From a bacterium (GTDB taxonomy: Bacteria > Patescibacteriota > Minisyncoccia > Phycocordibacterales > UBA5272): DNA of 64,000 nucleotides. The first letter of the stretch is position 1. Each line of letters starts with the position of its first letter. A program made the translations under genes and the position numbers. Of this stretch, positions 1-9,996 are shown in pieces. The DNA is taken from positions 55,426 to 119,425 of the forward strand of contig JAHFNC010000002.1 of NCBI GenBank assembly GCA_023267535.1, in the 5' to 3' direction. Under the pieces are notes generated by a model. It searched no databases, had not been told where the DNA came from, and saw only the letters and a list, made by a program, of their open reading frames with translations.

Positions 1-1262
1 TGTGTCTTGAGAATGAGTTTCCATATTTCTAACAATAACAGTATTTTCCATGGCTTCTTTTTGTCCGAAGATTATACAGTAAGGAATATTTGTTTTCTCA
101 GCTAGGCTTAATTGGGCGCCAAGAGAATCTTTGGACAATGACTGCTGAACTGGAATTTTTGCTTTTCTTAAAATTTCCATAACACAAAGACTTTTTAGTT
201 TTGCTTCAAAACCAAGTTGTATAAAATAAATTTTTGGAGTTTTAATTATTCTTGGAGCGATTGATTTGCATTCTGGAAACATTTTTACTCTTTCCATACC
301 AATTCCTGTTCCCACTGATGGTACATCTTTCTTAGCTCCCATCTCTCTTGCTAAATAATCATATCTTCCACCTCCGGTTATTGTTATTTCTTTTTCTTTT
401 CCATTTTCATCAACATCAAGTTTGATAACTTCAAACACTGTTCTTGAATAATATGACAATCCTCTAACTAAAGAATTATTTATTCTGTAAGGTATGGCCA
501 TTTCTTCCAAATACTGAAGAACTTCCTTGAAGTGCTTTCTGGCATCGGCTGAAAGGAAAGAAAGTGACGCTGGCGCATTTTCTTTAAATGGCTGACATTG
601 TTCTTGTTTGCAATCAAGTAGGCGAAGGGGATTTGTCTTTATTCTTTCGTTACAATCTTTACACAAAGCGCCTAAGTGCTTTTTATAATAATTGGTCAAT
701 TCTTTTATGAAAACTGATCTAGTTTCTTTATCTCCCATTGAATTTATATCTACAACCAAATCCTTGAATCCGAATTCTTCAAGAATAGTAATCGTGGTGC
801 GAATTATCATGGCATCAGCCACCGATTTTTCCGTGCCCATTATTTCTAGATTAAATTGTCTGAATTGTCGAAGTCTTCCGCGTTGTGGGTTCTCGTGTCT
901 ATAAACTGGTCCGTATGAATATAACATCACTGGTTGTGGTAAGGTTTGCATTCCGTGTTCTAGATAGGCACGCATAACACTTGCTGTAAATTCTGGTCGA
1001 ACAGCTAATCTATCTGCTCCTTTTCCACGAAAGGAATACATTTCTTTTTCCACAACATCAGTTCCTTCTCCGATGGCTGAAATAAATACATCTTCTTTTT
1101 CTAGAAGTGGTGTTTCTATTGGTTGAAAGCCGTAATAGACAGCGACCTCTTGAGCTTTTTCAAATAATCCTTGAAATGAATAATATTCTTCACCTATCAA
1201 ATCATTCATTCCTTTTAACGACTGTGGGACTTCCTTTTTTTCCTTTTTTATTTCGTTTGTCA
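1..1262 (-). CDS. hisS: Histidine--tRNA ligase (partial; C-terminus lies beyond the window start)
   Basis: Manual minus-strand translation from the ATG at 1262 gives MTNEIKKEK...GTDVVEKEMYSF...RPEFTASVMRAY...LRQFRQFNLEIMG, which are class II HisRS motifs. The plus-strand ORFs 692..904 and 1107..1436 are antisense artefacts. Confidence 0.8.
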
Positions 1263-1274
1263 TATTATTTATTC

Positions 1275-2129
1275 TTAGTATACATATTTCCCCGGTTCAA
1301 GACTAAAGTCTTTAATTGGCAGTATTTTAAGCAATACCTGCCCGCGCATATACTTTTTGTCTACTGGGCCAAAGAATCGACTATCATAACTTTGGGCGCG
1401 ATTGTCACCCATAACAAAATATTGATCCTGAGTTAATTGTACATCAACATTTTTCATTAAATCAGGGTATTTTACAAATGATTCATTCAAAACAAACCCT
1501 TTTGGATTTTCTTTATTATAAATAGTGGTTACTCCATTTATAACAACAACTCTTTCTCCAGGAAGACCCATTATTCTTTTAATTAAATATTTTCCACCAT
1601 ATGGGTCATTTGTATTTTCGTATAATTTAAATATGGCGATTTCTCCTCTTTCTGGCGCCCTATGTAAAAATGAGAACTTATCAACCAATAAAAACTCCTT
1701 ATCGTGGAAAGTTGGGAGCATTGAACCACCTTCTACGACGAATGGCTGAACCAATACCGTTTGTATTAGTTTTACAGCAATGACAGCACCAACTACCCAA
1801 ATAAGTAGCGATACTGGACGTTCATCTTTTTCCAAGACACTAGCTTGCACCATTTTTTCTTTCCACCATGGAGAGAAGATGGCTAAAGTTATTGAAAGAA
1901 TTAAAACAAGAATTATTAAAAACAAAACTGTGCTTAATGGATTTTGAGTGATATCAACAAACGATTCAACAAAAGAATTTATGATAAGAGAAGTAATCAT
2001 TTCAAGTAGTATACAGACGAGAGATAAATGTTGCAAGATTTTTTGAAAACGAAGAATGAAGATAGAAGCTAGCAGAAAGAAGTAACTCGTAAGTTTCGCA
2101 AAGCGAAACTTACGATGAGCTTTTATCAT
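1275..2129 (-). CDS. lepB: Signal peptidase I
   Basis: The GGSMLPT catalytic Ser box, the KRIMGLPGE Lys box and GDNRAQSYDSR are present. The N-terminus may be shorter than the ORF call. Confidence 0.8.
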   Translation of the reverse strand: MIKAHRKFRFAKLTSYFFLLASIFILRFQKILQHLSLVCILLEMITSLIINSFVESFVDITQNPLSTVLFLIILVLILSITLAIFSPWWKEKMVQASVLEKDERPVSLLIWVVGAVIAVKLIQTVLVQPFVVEGGSMLPTFHDKEFLLVDKFSFLHRAPERGEIAIFKLYENTNDPYGGKYLIKRIMGLPGERVVVINGVTTIYNKENPKGFVLNESFVKYPDLMKNVDVQLTQDQYFVMGDNRAQSYDSRFFGPVDKKYMRGQVLLKILPIKDFSLEPGKYVY

Positions 2130-2171
2130 TCATCATTCATACTTCTAACTTCTTATTTTTTCGTGTATCAT

Positions 2172-2696
2172 ATGATAATGATTTACACACTCGTGCCACT
2201 AGGTAATCCCGGAAAAAATTACGAGACAACTCGTCACAATGCTGCCAGAATTGTTTTATCTTTAATCACAAAAGATTTAAGCTGTGAAGTTTTTGTTCCG
2301 AAAACTTTTATGAACGAAAGTGGAGTAGCTATTAAAGAATATTTGAAATATCACAGCGAGAGAGAAATAATAATTATGTACGATGACAAGGATTTACCGA
2401 TTGGAACAATCAGAATTTCTCATGATAGGGGAGATGGAGGACATAATGGTCTTAAAAACATAATTGAGCAATTAGGAAAGAAAGATTTTATCAGAATTCG
2501 TATCGGTATTGCGCCAAAAGAAACTGATGGGAAAACAGTTTTAGCGCCATCGGGAGAAATGGTCCAAAAATTCGTTCTTGAAAATTTTACAGATGAAGAA
2601 ATTGTTTCTTTAAAGGGGACTGCTGATAGGGTTTATGATGCTGTAAATACAATAGTGAAAGAGGGCTTCCAAAAAGCAATGGATTTGTATAACTAA
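2172..2696 (+). CDS. pth: Peptidyl-tRNA hydrolase
   Basis: The LGNPG..Y..TRHN N-terminal motif and HDRGDGGHNGLKNI are present. The start was moved to the internal Met (MIMIYTLVPLGNPG) because the upstream ORF extension overlaps lepB. Confidence 0.8.
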   Translation: MIMIYTLVPLGNPGKNYETTRHNAARIVLSLITKDLSCEVFVPKTFMNESGVAIKEYLKYHSEREIIIMYDDKDLPIGTIRISHDRGDGGHNGLKNIIEQLGKKDFIRIRIGIAPKETDGKTVLAPSGEMVQKFVLENFTDEEIVSLKGTADRVYDAVNTIVKEGFQKAMDLYN

Positions 2697-2700
2697 AATA

Positions 2701-2731
2701 AAAACTCCAATTCGTATTGGAGTTTTCTTAA
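2701..2731 (+). terminator. Rho-independent terminator after pth
   Basis: Hairpin aaaactccaattcgtattggagtttt followed by a T-rich tract. Confidence 0.5.
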
Positions 2732-3010
2732 ACCTGCAACGCAGGGGATGTTTCTTTTTGGGTCACAAAGAACTTGAACTGGTTGTTACAACGGTATGAA
2801 TGATGTACCCCCAAATAATAGACAAAAGAATTGTTGCCAAGACAGTAGGGGTATTCGGTATATTGCTAACGAGAATATTGTATATATCCATTTCAATTTT
2901 CTCCAGTTATCAGATAAGAACAGTATATCATATATAATGTTTTTGTCAATAGATTGCTTAGACTGTGAGTCTATTGGAACAAAATTAGTAAATGATGTAA
3001 TCTAAAGATA

Positions 3011-3421
3011 TTGAGTTCTTTTGGAGCCACTGTCATGCAAGAAATAATTTTGTGTGAAGTGGGGAAGCCACTTCATCTTGATGTTGAAAGTATTTCTGAT
3101 TGGGGAAATGAATTGTTTGGATTACTTTACTCAAGCAATGACGATAAATACAAAGAATACACCCGTCTACTTCGTCGTTATGACCGAATGGCGTGGCAAC
3201 ATCATGATTGTTCGTATTGCAAAGAGCCTATATCTTCTGGCGATTGGTATGAAGCTTATGTCTATGTATCAAAAAGCCCGGAGAAGAAGAGCTGTGTGTG
3301 GGTGGAGAAGCGCCACTATCCAGAATGTCCCGAACGACTCAGGGATTATGAGGAAGAGATGAGACGCGAATGGGAAAAAGAAGACCGCGCCAGAGAAGAA
3401 TCAGCGAAAAAAGCAGCGTAA
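3011..3421 (+). CDS. Hypothetical Cys/His-rich protein
   Basis: A 136-aa ORF with HHDCSYC...C...ECPE motifs, GC-richer than its neighbours, followed directly by a strong terminator. The start may be the internal Met at about 3035. Confidence 0.5.
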   Translation: MSSFGATVMQEIILCEVGKPLHLDVESISDWGNELFGLLYSSNDDKYKEYTRLLRRYDRMAWQHHDCSYCKEPISSGDWYEAYVYVSKSPEKKSCVWVEKRHYPECPERLRDYEEEMRREWEKEDRAREESAKKAA

Positions 3422-3423
3422 AA

Positions 3424-3450
3424 GCGCGACCGAAGGTCGCGCTTTTTTCT
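3424..3450 (+). terminator. Rho-independent terminator
   Basis: GC hairpin gcgcgaccgaaggtcgcgc followed by TTTTTT. It sits between convergent genes. Confidence 0.65.
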
Positions 3451-3469
3451 TTGAGTTTATTTTTTGAAT

Positions 3470-4534
3470 TTACTTTGCAAGAGTTAAAGTCATTCTCTCT
3501 TCATTTGGATCAAATACATTTATACTAAATTTGTATCCTTTTCCAAGTGATAATGCTTCGCGAAGTTTTGCTTCATCTCCGAAATCGGAAACATGAACTA
3601 ATCCCGCTACTCCTTCTTCAATTGAAACTAGCGCACCATGCTTGTTGAATTTAATAACAACACCACTGACTGCATCTCCTTTTTTGTATTTCTTACCAGC
3701 CTCTTTCCAAGGATTTTCCTTAAGAGCCTTAATTGAAAGAGATATCTTTCCATCTTTGATTTCAATTATTTTAGCGCGAACTTTATCTCCCACATGAGCG
3801 TGACTCTTAGTGTCTTCTACAAGACCCCAATCAATTTCGCTCTTGTGAACCAATCCTTCTACTCCGTCATCTAGTTTAATGAAGATACCGAAATCTACGA
3901 CTCCAGTAACTGTTCCGTCAACTTCATCTCCAACCAAATGATTTCCGGAAATAATTTCCTTCGCTTCTTTATTTTCACCATTTCCGTCCTTTTCAGAGAA
4001 AATAAGTTTTCCTTCCTTTGGAATAGCACTAATAATAGAAACTGAAATTCTCTTTCCAATCAATTTCTTTAGCTCACGAAGAATCTTATCTTTATCTCCA
4101 TCTTCAATACGAGGATAATTTTCTTCTTTCAATTGTGATGCTGGAAGAAATCCAGCTAGTCCTTGCCACTCTATTATTAGTCCACCCTTGTTAGCGTCTT
4201 TAACGACCAAATCCATAACTCTTTTATCACGAATCGCAAGTTCTGCATCGCTCCACATAAGAGCTTGGCGAGCTTCCTTAAGAGAAAGTTCTACATAACC
4301 ATCGTAGTTCTCTCTTAAAATAACTTTCGCCTTGATTGTGTCATTAATGTTTATTCTTTTGATAACATCACGCGCGTTTATGAATTCAATACCATAAATG
4401 ATACCTGTTCCAGAAACGCCAAGGTCAACGAATAGGGCTGATTTTTCAATCGCTACTACTATTCCTTCGACAATGTCATCTGTCTTTATAACGTTTAAGT
4501 TTTCTGTTTTTTCTATTGTTGTTGTGTCTGTCAT
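3470..4534 (-). CDS. rpsA: 30S ribosomal protein S1-like (four S1 domains)
   Basis: Repeated S1 OB-fold motifs (G.V......G.FV..G....G..H.S..) occur four times in 354 aa. Confidence 0.75.
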   Translation of the reverse strand: MTDTTTIEKTENLNVIKTDDIVEGIVVAIEKSALFVDLGVSGTGIIYGIEFINARDVIKRININDTIKAKVILRENYDGYVELSLKEARQALMWSDAELAIRDKRVMDLVVKDANKGGLIIEWQGLAGFLPASQLKEENYPRIEDGDKDKILRELKKLIGKRISVSIISAIPKEGKLIFSEKDGNGENKEAKEIISGNHLVGDEVDGTVTGVVDFGIFIKLDDGVEGLVHKSEIDWGLVEDTKSHAHVGDKVRAKIIEIKDGKISLSIKALKENPWKEAGKKYKKGDAVSGVVIKFNKHGALVSIEEGVAGLVHVSDFGDEAKLREALSLGKGYKFSINVFDPNEERMTLTLAK

Positions 4535-4758
4535 AAAAAATATCCAGCACGATATGGCTGGATTTGCTCACATCGGTTCGGTTTCTTCCGTTTATTTTTG
4601 CAAATAATTGGAAGGGTTACGCCGAATCGTCTTCTATTAAAGAATGTTTAGATACTACAATATTTCTAAATAATTAGCAAATTAAAAAGGCGCTGTCTAG
4701 AAAAGGCAACACCTCAATATGATGGCATTATTTTGTTTTAATAATCAGTCATACTTAC

Positions 4759-5274
4759 TCAGAGCTGAGCTTGTATTTGTAGCGGTAGAGTGTGGCGCAG
4801 CTTGCGCTCACTTCTCTTACCATAACCCTTTGCTTTCTTTCTGGTCGGCTCTATTAAAGCCGAGCCACTGCAAACAAGGCCCTTGGCATCTTCTTGTTGT
4901 TGTAGAATCAGTATTTTCAACTCCTCCGTTTCAACAATCCGCGGAGATACTTCTTTGACGACTTTCTTGACTTCAGCGGCCACTAAAAATTCTTCGCCGT
5001 TATTTTCATTGTTGTCGATCAAAAATACTTCGTTGTCGGCCAAGAGCTCCTCGCCTAAATCAAATCCTTCATCTTCGGCCAAAGATTCTTCGCTCCCATT
5101 TCCACAACCAAAAGGAGTAGAATCGTGAGTCGTGTCGACATAGAATCTGATCGGGTCATAGCGAACATTTTCAAGAGCATCGTCTGACCCGAAAATCAAA
5201 TGTTCACTTTCCATAAAGCAAACTGCCATTGCTGGCATACTGCGCATAAAGACATCAACACCCGTCGTGGTCAT
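4759..5274 (-). CDS. Hypothetical acidic protein
   Basis: A 171-aa D/E-rich ORF with GC-richer codon usage and an AGGGGAA SD-like box upstream of the start, which is unusual here. It has no recognisable domain. Confidence 0.35.
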   Translation of the reverse strand: MTTTGVDVFMRSMPAMAVCFMESEHLIFGSDDALENVRYDPIRFYVDTTHDSTPFGCGNGSEESLAEDEGFDLGEELLADNEVFLIDNNENNGEEFLVAAEVKKVVKEVSPRIVETEELKILILQQQEDAKGLVCSGSALIEPTRKKAKGYGKRSERKLRHTLPLQIQAQL

Positions 5275-5558
5275 CTCGTTCCCCTAGTTATTTGTTACTG
5301 AATCAAAAAGAACTCTTCACTACAAACCTACAAACAGCGGCACATCTACCTGTCGGCAGACAGGTCTTCCCTTAAACTATCAATTCCTGCACTTTAGTCA
5401 AGTTGATAAGTATTTGATAAAAGTTCCTCACAGAAAGCTGACGAGGAACCTTTTTAACTCCTCGGCTCGGAAGAGAAAAAGATTACTTTTTCTCTTCTCT
5501 CGCTTTACGTCGTTAATAAATTTTTTTCACTTTTTCCAAAATATGCTAGAATTGCGAG

Positions 5559-6194
5559 ATGATTATTACTAATTTCGGAAGACAGCATTTTAAGTTGCAA
5601 GTTGGCGATTTAACCTTTGCTATCAACCCAGTTTCAAAAGAAGGTAGGGGAAAAATTGTTAAATATGGTGCTGATGTTTGTTTAATTACCACCAATCATC
5701 CAGATTATAACGGCATTGACCAAGTGACTCATGGAGACAAAGTCCCTTTCGTTATTAGAGGTGCAGGTGAATACGAAGTGGCTGGTATTTTTATAAAAGG
5801 ATTTAATACTGAAGTTGAATTAATGGACGGCAAGAAGAAAAAGAAATATCAAAACACAAGTTATTGTTTTTCTTTTGACGGAATAAAAGTTACTTTCTTG
5901 GGAGCTCTTCATCAAAAACTTGAACCACAACATAAAGAGGTTATTGATGAAACAGATATTTTATTTGTTCCAGTTGGCGGTGACGATACTACTCTTAATC
6001 CATACGACGCTGAAAAGTTAGCGGTATCTCTTGAGCCACACCTTATAATTCCTATGGACTATGACGAGAAAACAATACCAATCTTTTTGAAAGAAGCTGG
6101 TGCTGAAAAAATCGAGCCAGTTGAAAAGCTAACTATTAAGAGAAAAGATATAGAGGGTAAACTCGGAGAGGTAATTCTATTCGTAGAATTGTAA
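5559..6194 (+). CDS. MBL-fold (beta-lactamase fold, COG2220-like) protein with degenerate metal motif
   Basis: The overall pattern matches UPF0173/COG2220 metal-dependent hydrolases, but the HxHxDH box is reduced to NHPDY. The start is leaderless (a TGcTAGAAT -10 box 6 nt upstream). Confidence 0.5.
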   Translation: MIITNFGRQHFKLQVGDLTFAINPVSKEGRGKIVKYGADVCLITTNHPDYNGIDQVTHGDKVPFVIRGAGEYEVAGIFIKGFNTEVELMDGKKKKKYQNTSYCFSFDGIKVTFLGALHQKLEPQHKEVIDETDILFVPVGGDDTTLNPYDAEKLAVSLEPHLIIPMDYDEKTIPIFLKEAGAEKIEPVEKLTIKRKDIEGKLGEVILFVEL

Positions 6195-6243
6195 TAATAA
6201 TCTTTTAATTTTAAAGTTTGTGTTTTTGCTATAATAAGACCAA

Positions 6244-6591
6244 ATGCACTGGACTATTAAGAAATATATAAAGTATTTGAGGAGACAGCATATTCACATT
6301 CAAGAAATGCATGCTTTTGTATTTGCTATTTCTATTACCGCAGTTATTTCTTTTTTTGTTTTATACACCCAATATGGATTTTGGCATCCAAGATATGACA
6401 GATTGCAAGATAATTTTACCGACACAAATAATACAAACACAGATACAAACACAATAGCAAACCAAGAACAAAAACCAGAAGCGCCAGGGGAAATGTTATC
6501 TAGATTTTTTGGTGAAGCCAAGACTAAATTTTCAAATTTAGGAACAGCAGGAGCTCAAATGCTTAACGCCACCGAGACTTATCAAAAATAA
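6244..6591 (+). CDS. Hypothetical small membrane protein
   Basis: One predicted TM helix (FVFAISITAVISFFVLY) and a Thr/Asn-rich tail. Not recognisable. Confidence 0.35.
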   Translation: MHWTIKKYIKYLRRQHIHIQEMHAFVFAISITAVISFFVLYTQYGFWHPRYDRLQDNFTDTNNTNTDTNTIANQEQKPEAPGEMLSRFFGEAKTKFSNLGTAGAQMLNATETYQK

Positions 6592-6662
6592 AATTTACGG
6601 AATTTAATTATTTATAGTCTTATAATTTTGTGAATATTTTACTAGAATTTTTTTATAAAATA

Positions 6663-6671
6663 TGGTAGAAT
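6663..6671 (+). promoter_or_regulatory. Extended -10 promoter (TGgTAGAAT) driving a leaderless gyrA
   Basis: TGnTAGAAT ends 7 nt before the gyrA ATG at 6679, with no SD. Confidence 0.45.
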
Positions 6672-6678
6672 ATAACCT

Positions 6679-9156
6679 ATGTCAAAGAAGAAGGAAGAGC
6701 CTGTAGAGGCTGAAAAACCCCCTGAAAATAAAGGATTAAAAGCTGTTAGTATCACTGAAGAAATGCGTAGAGCGTATCTTGATTATGCGATGAGTGTTAT
6801 CACTGCTCGTGCTTTACCTGACGCCCGTGACGGTCTTAAGCCAGTACATCGTCGAATTTTATTTGCGATGAATAATATGGGTCTAACTGCTGGAGCTAAG
6901 TACAGAAAGTCGGCAACAATTGTTGGAGAAGTGCTAGGTAATTATCACCCACACGGAGATGCTTCTGTTTATGATGCTATGGTTAAATCGGCTCAAGATT
7001 TTTCATATCGTTATCCTTTAGTGATGGGCCAAGGAAACTTCGGGTCACTTGATGGTGACGGAGCCGCTGCTTATCGTTATACCGAGGCTAAGATGTCTAG
7101 AATTTCAATGGAGATGATGAGTGATATTGAAAAAGAAACAGTTGATATGGTTGCTAATTACGATGGAACAAAGAAAGAGCCGACTGTTTTGCCAACAACT
7201 GTGCCAGCACTTTTATTAAACGGAACTTTAGGTATTGCGGTTGGAATGGCTACAAATATTCCGCCACATAATTTAAATGAAGTTATAGATGCTACTACCC
7301 ACTTGATTGATAATCCAAGCGCAACTAACGAAGATTTGTGTGAGTTTGTAAAAGGACCAGATTTTCCAGTTGGTGGGATTGCTTTTGGTCAGTCAGATAT
7401 TCGTGCTGCTTATGCTACCGGTCGCGGTGGTGTTGTTTGTCGTGGAGAAGCGGAAATTACTGAAACAAAAAACGGACAATTCCAAATTATCATCACTTCA
7501 ATTCCGTTTCGTGTTGTTAAATCAAATTTAATTGAAAATATTGCCGACTTAGTGCGCGAGAAAAAAATTGACGGAATAAAAGGACTTCGCGACGAATCCA
7601 CTAAAGATATTCGCGTGGTCATTGATTTAAAGAGTGGCACTCAACCACAAAAAGTTTTAAATTATTTATATAAGCACACCGAACTTGAAGCTACTTTCCA
7701 TTACAATGTGGTGGCTTTAGTTGACGGTATTCCGCAAACTCTTTCTCTAAAGGTGGCGCTTGATGAATTTATAAAACACAGAGTAGATGTTGTAAAAAGA
7801 CGCACTGAGTTTGATTTGAGACGCGCATTAGAAAAAGAACACATCTTACTCGGTCTTAAAAAAGCACTGGACCATATTGATGAAATTATTCAGACAATTA
7901 AGAAATCAAAAGATACACCGGACGCTCACGCTCAATTGATGAAGAAGTTTAAGTTCTCAGAAATTCAAGCTACCGCAATTCTAGAAATGAAATTGCAACG
8001 CTTAGCTGGACTTGAAAGAAAGAAGATTGAAGATGATTTGAAAGCTGTTCAGGCGCTTATTGCTGAACTTAAAACCATATTGGCAAGTAAGGCTAGAATG
8101 ATGAAGATTATCAAAGAAGAACTTACTAATATTAGAGATAAATACGGCGATGAAAGAAGAACAAAAATCGTAAAACATCGCGCCAAGGAATTTAATCCAG
8201 AAGATTTGATTGCCGAAAAAGAAGAAGTTTTGGTATTCACTGCTGGTGGCTATGTAAAAAGAACCGACCCAGATGAATTTAGAACACAAAAGCGTGGTGG
8301 GGTGGGTGTGGTTGACATGAATACCAAAGAAGAAGACTTCGTGACAATGTCACTTACTACTTCGTCTCACTCTGATTTATTGTTCTTTACTGACAAAGGA
8401 AAAGCATATCAAATAAAAATGTATGAACTTCCAGAAGGAAAGCGTGCCACTCGTGGAAAGAGTATTGTGAATTTCCTACAACTTGGTTCTGATGAAAAAG
8501 TAACCAGTATTTTGCCGATGTCCAAAGAATTTAAGAATGCAAAGAACGAAGAGGTGTCACTGATGATGATTACTAAGAATGGAACCGTGAAGAAATGCTC
8601 AGCTGACAGCTTTAAAGATGTTAGAAGAAGTGGTTTGATTGCGATTAAACTAGATACCGATGATGAATTGCTAGTAGCGCTGTTTGTTTCTGGAGAAGAT
8701 AGTGTGATTTTAACAACTCAAGGAGGGCAATCGATTCGCTTTAGTCATACTGATGTTAGAGAAATGGGACGTACCGCAGCTGGGGTAATTGGAATGCGTC
8801 TTGATAAAGGTGATCAAATAGTAGCGTCTGATAAAATATTAGGTGGAACAAAAGGTGGTGAACTTCTTATTTTGACAGCTAATGGTTACGGAAAAAAGAC
8901 AAAACTTTCTGAATACAAAATACAAAAACGTGGTGGAAGTGGAATGAAAACTGTAAAAGTTACAGAAAAAACTGGAAAATTAATGGTGGCAAAAGTTGTG
9001 AATAGCGAAATTGCAGAATTATTGGCAGTATCAAAACAATCTCAAGTTATTCGTACAGAACTTACTTCTATTCCAACGTTAGGGCGCGATACACAAGGGG
9101 TACGCATAATGAAGCTTCGTGAAGGAGACTCCGTCGCATCCTTTAATCTTCTTTAA
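6679..9156 (+). CDS. gyrA: DNA gyrase subunit A
   Basis: [43 protein letters not shown] and the C-terminal beta-pinwheel repeats are present. Confidence 0.95.
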   Translation: MSKKKEEPVEAEKPPENKGLKAVSITEEMRRAYLDYAMSVITARALPDARDGLKPVHRRILFAMNNMGLTAGAKYRKSATIVGEVLGNYHPHGDASVYDAMVKSAQDFSYRYPLVMGQGNFGSLDGDGAAAYRYTEAKMSRISMEMMSDIEKETVDMVANYDGTKKEPTVLPTTVPALLLNGTLGIAVGMATNIPPHNLNEVIDATTHLIDNPSATNEDLCEFVKGPDFPVGGIAFGQSDIRAAYATGRGGVVCRGEAEITETKNGQFQIIITSIPFRVVKSNLIENIADLVREKKIDGIKGLRDESTKDIRVVIDLKSGTQPQKVLNYLYKHTELEATFHYNVVALVDGIPQTLSLKVALDEFIKHRVDVVKRRTEFDLRRALEKEHILLGLKKALDHIDEIIQTIKKSKDTPDAHAQLMKKFKFSEIQATAILEMKLQRLAGLERKKIEDDLKAVQALIAELKTILASKARMMKIIKEELTNIRDKYGDERRTKIVKHRAKEFNPEDLIAEKEEVLVFTAGGYVKRTDPDEFRTQKRGGVGVVDMNTKEEDFVTMSLTTSSHSDLLFFTDKGKAYQIKMYELPEGKRATRGKSIVNFLQLGSDEKVTSILPMSKEFKNAKNEEVSLMMITKNGTVKKCSADSFKDVRRSGLIAIKLDTDDELLVALFVSGEDSVILTTQGGQSIRFSHTDVREMGRTAAGVIGMRLDKGDQIVASDKILGGTKGGELLILTANGYGKKTKLSEYKIQKRGGSGMKTVKVTEKTGKLMVAKVVNSEIAELLAVSKQSQVIRTELTSIPTLGRDTQGVRIMKLREGDSVASFNLL

Positions 9157-9160
9157 GAAA

Positions 9161-9271
9161 GTCATAAATTGCGAAGCTACTTTGTCGCTACAAAATTTTT
9201 TAATTCACCGTAGGTCTACTACGCTTCATTAAAAAATTTCTAGGCTTCGCGTATCTTCATCAATTTCTGAC
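9161..9271. mobile_element. 111-bp MITE-like element, copy 1, with terminal inverted repeats GTCA(T/G)AAATTG...CAATTTCTGAC
   Basis: It has the same length as, and conserved ends with, 16428..16538. The middle is divergent but co-varying. It sits directly after the gyrA stop. Confidence 0.5.
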
Positions 9272-9426
9272 TTTCTGAATACAAACTCAAGTCAATTTTT
9301 GCGGTTCATGACTAATAGATTTTATGTAGAAGGTTTTTATAATTTTGACTTTTGACTTTTGCGTTTTGACTTTCGAAACATTGTTTTCCACTACTAACAA
9401 TCAATCATTAACTATATACTATCTGT

Positions 9427-9951
9427 ATGTCTTTTCTTACTCCCGACCATTTGGTTGCCGAACTTAATTTAAAACAAGGATCTGTTGTTATGGATATTGG
9501 TTGTGGTAGTGGCGCATACACCGTTGCCTTGGCCAGAGCAGTTGGTAATACTGGAAAAGTTTATGCTATAGATATCAATCGTGAGATTTTACACACACTC
9601 GCCAATACTTTAGAAAAAAATAGTATTTTAAATGTGGATACTCTTTGGGCAGATATTGAATCTGAGATTCCGGTTGATGCTTATAGTGCTGACGCTGTTG
9701 TCTTATCAAATGTTTTATTTCAATTAGAAGACATTGATAAAGCTTTAAATAATATAGAAAAAGTCTTGAAACCAAAGGGTGAAATGCTGGTAGTTGAATG
9801 GAAAGAAAGCAGTGTTGGCATTGGTCCACATACATCTCAAGTGATAAGTGAGGAAGAAATTGAAAAAATTTTATTGAAACATAAAATTAGAATTGTAAGA
9901 AGACTTTCGGCCGGAAGTTATCATTATGCCTTTACGGCAATAGTAGATTAG
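9427..9951 (+). CDS. Class I SAM-dependent methyltransferase
   Basis: VVMDIGCGSGAYTVALA glycine-rich SAM motif I and the post-I acidic residue (AIDIN). The start is leaderless (TATACT 6 nt upstream). Confidence 0.7.
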   Translation: MSFLTPDHLVAELNLKQGSVVMDIGCGSGAYTVALARAVGNTGKVYAIDINREILHTLANTLEKNSILNVDTLWADIESEIPVDAYSADAVVLSNVLFQLEDIDKALNNIEKVLKPKGEMLVVEWKESSVGIGPHTSQVISEEEIEKILLKHKIRIVRRLSAGSYHYAFTAIVD

Positions 9952-9996
9952 GCAAAATCCACTTCTCACTTTCGTTTTTTGTGAGATAATCAATTT

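Noticed and set aside
692-1436. Plus-strand ORFs 692..904 and 1107..1436
   Set aside because: They are antisense to the well-supported hisS reading frame on the minus strand.
2796-3005. 69-aa ORF downstream of the pth terminator
   Set aside because: It has no promoter/start context of the native type and a low-complexity, odd composition. The region does contain a 7-bp stem (caataga...tctattg) and may be regulatory, but I cannot support a gene.
3054-3362. Alternate-frame ORF overlapping CDS 3011..3421
   Set aside because: The 3011 frame has the Cys/His motif pattern and ends at the terminator. The alternate frame is basic and low-complexity.
4540-5460. tmRNA, RNase P RNA or SRP RNA in the S1-to-MBL intergenic stretch
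   Set aside because: I searched both strands by eye for the conserved blocks (GGTTCGA T-loop plus CCA-proximal acceptor for tmRNA; AGGAAAGTCCGGGC / ACAGAAACGGGCTTA for RNase P; GGAAGGAAGCAGCC for SRP) and found none. It is kept only as a hairpin-rich region.
7410-8289. Minus-strand ORFs within gyrA
   Set aside because: They are antisense to a near-full-length gyrA.
9952-9996. Terminator after the methyltransferase gene (tctcac...gtgaga)
   Set aside because: The T-run lies inside the loop rather than after the stem, so it is not a convincing intrinsic terminator.
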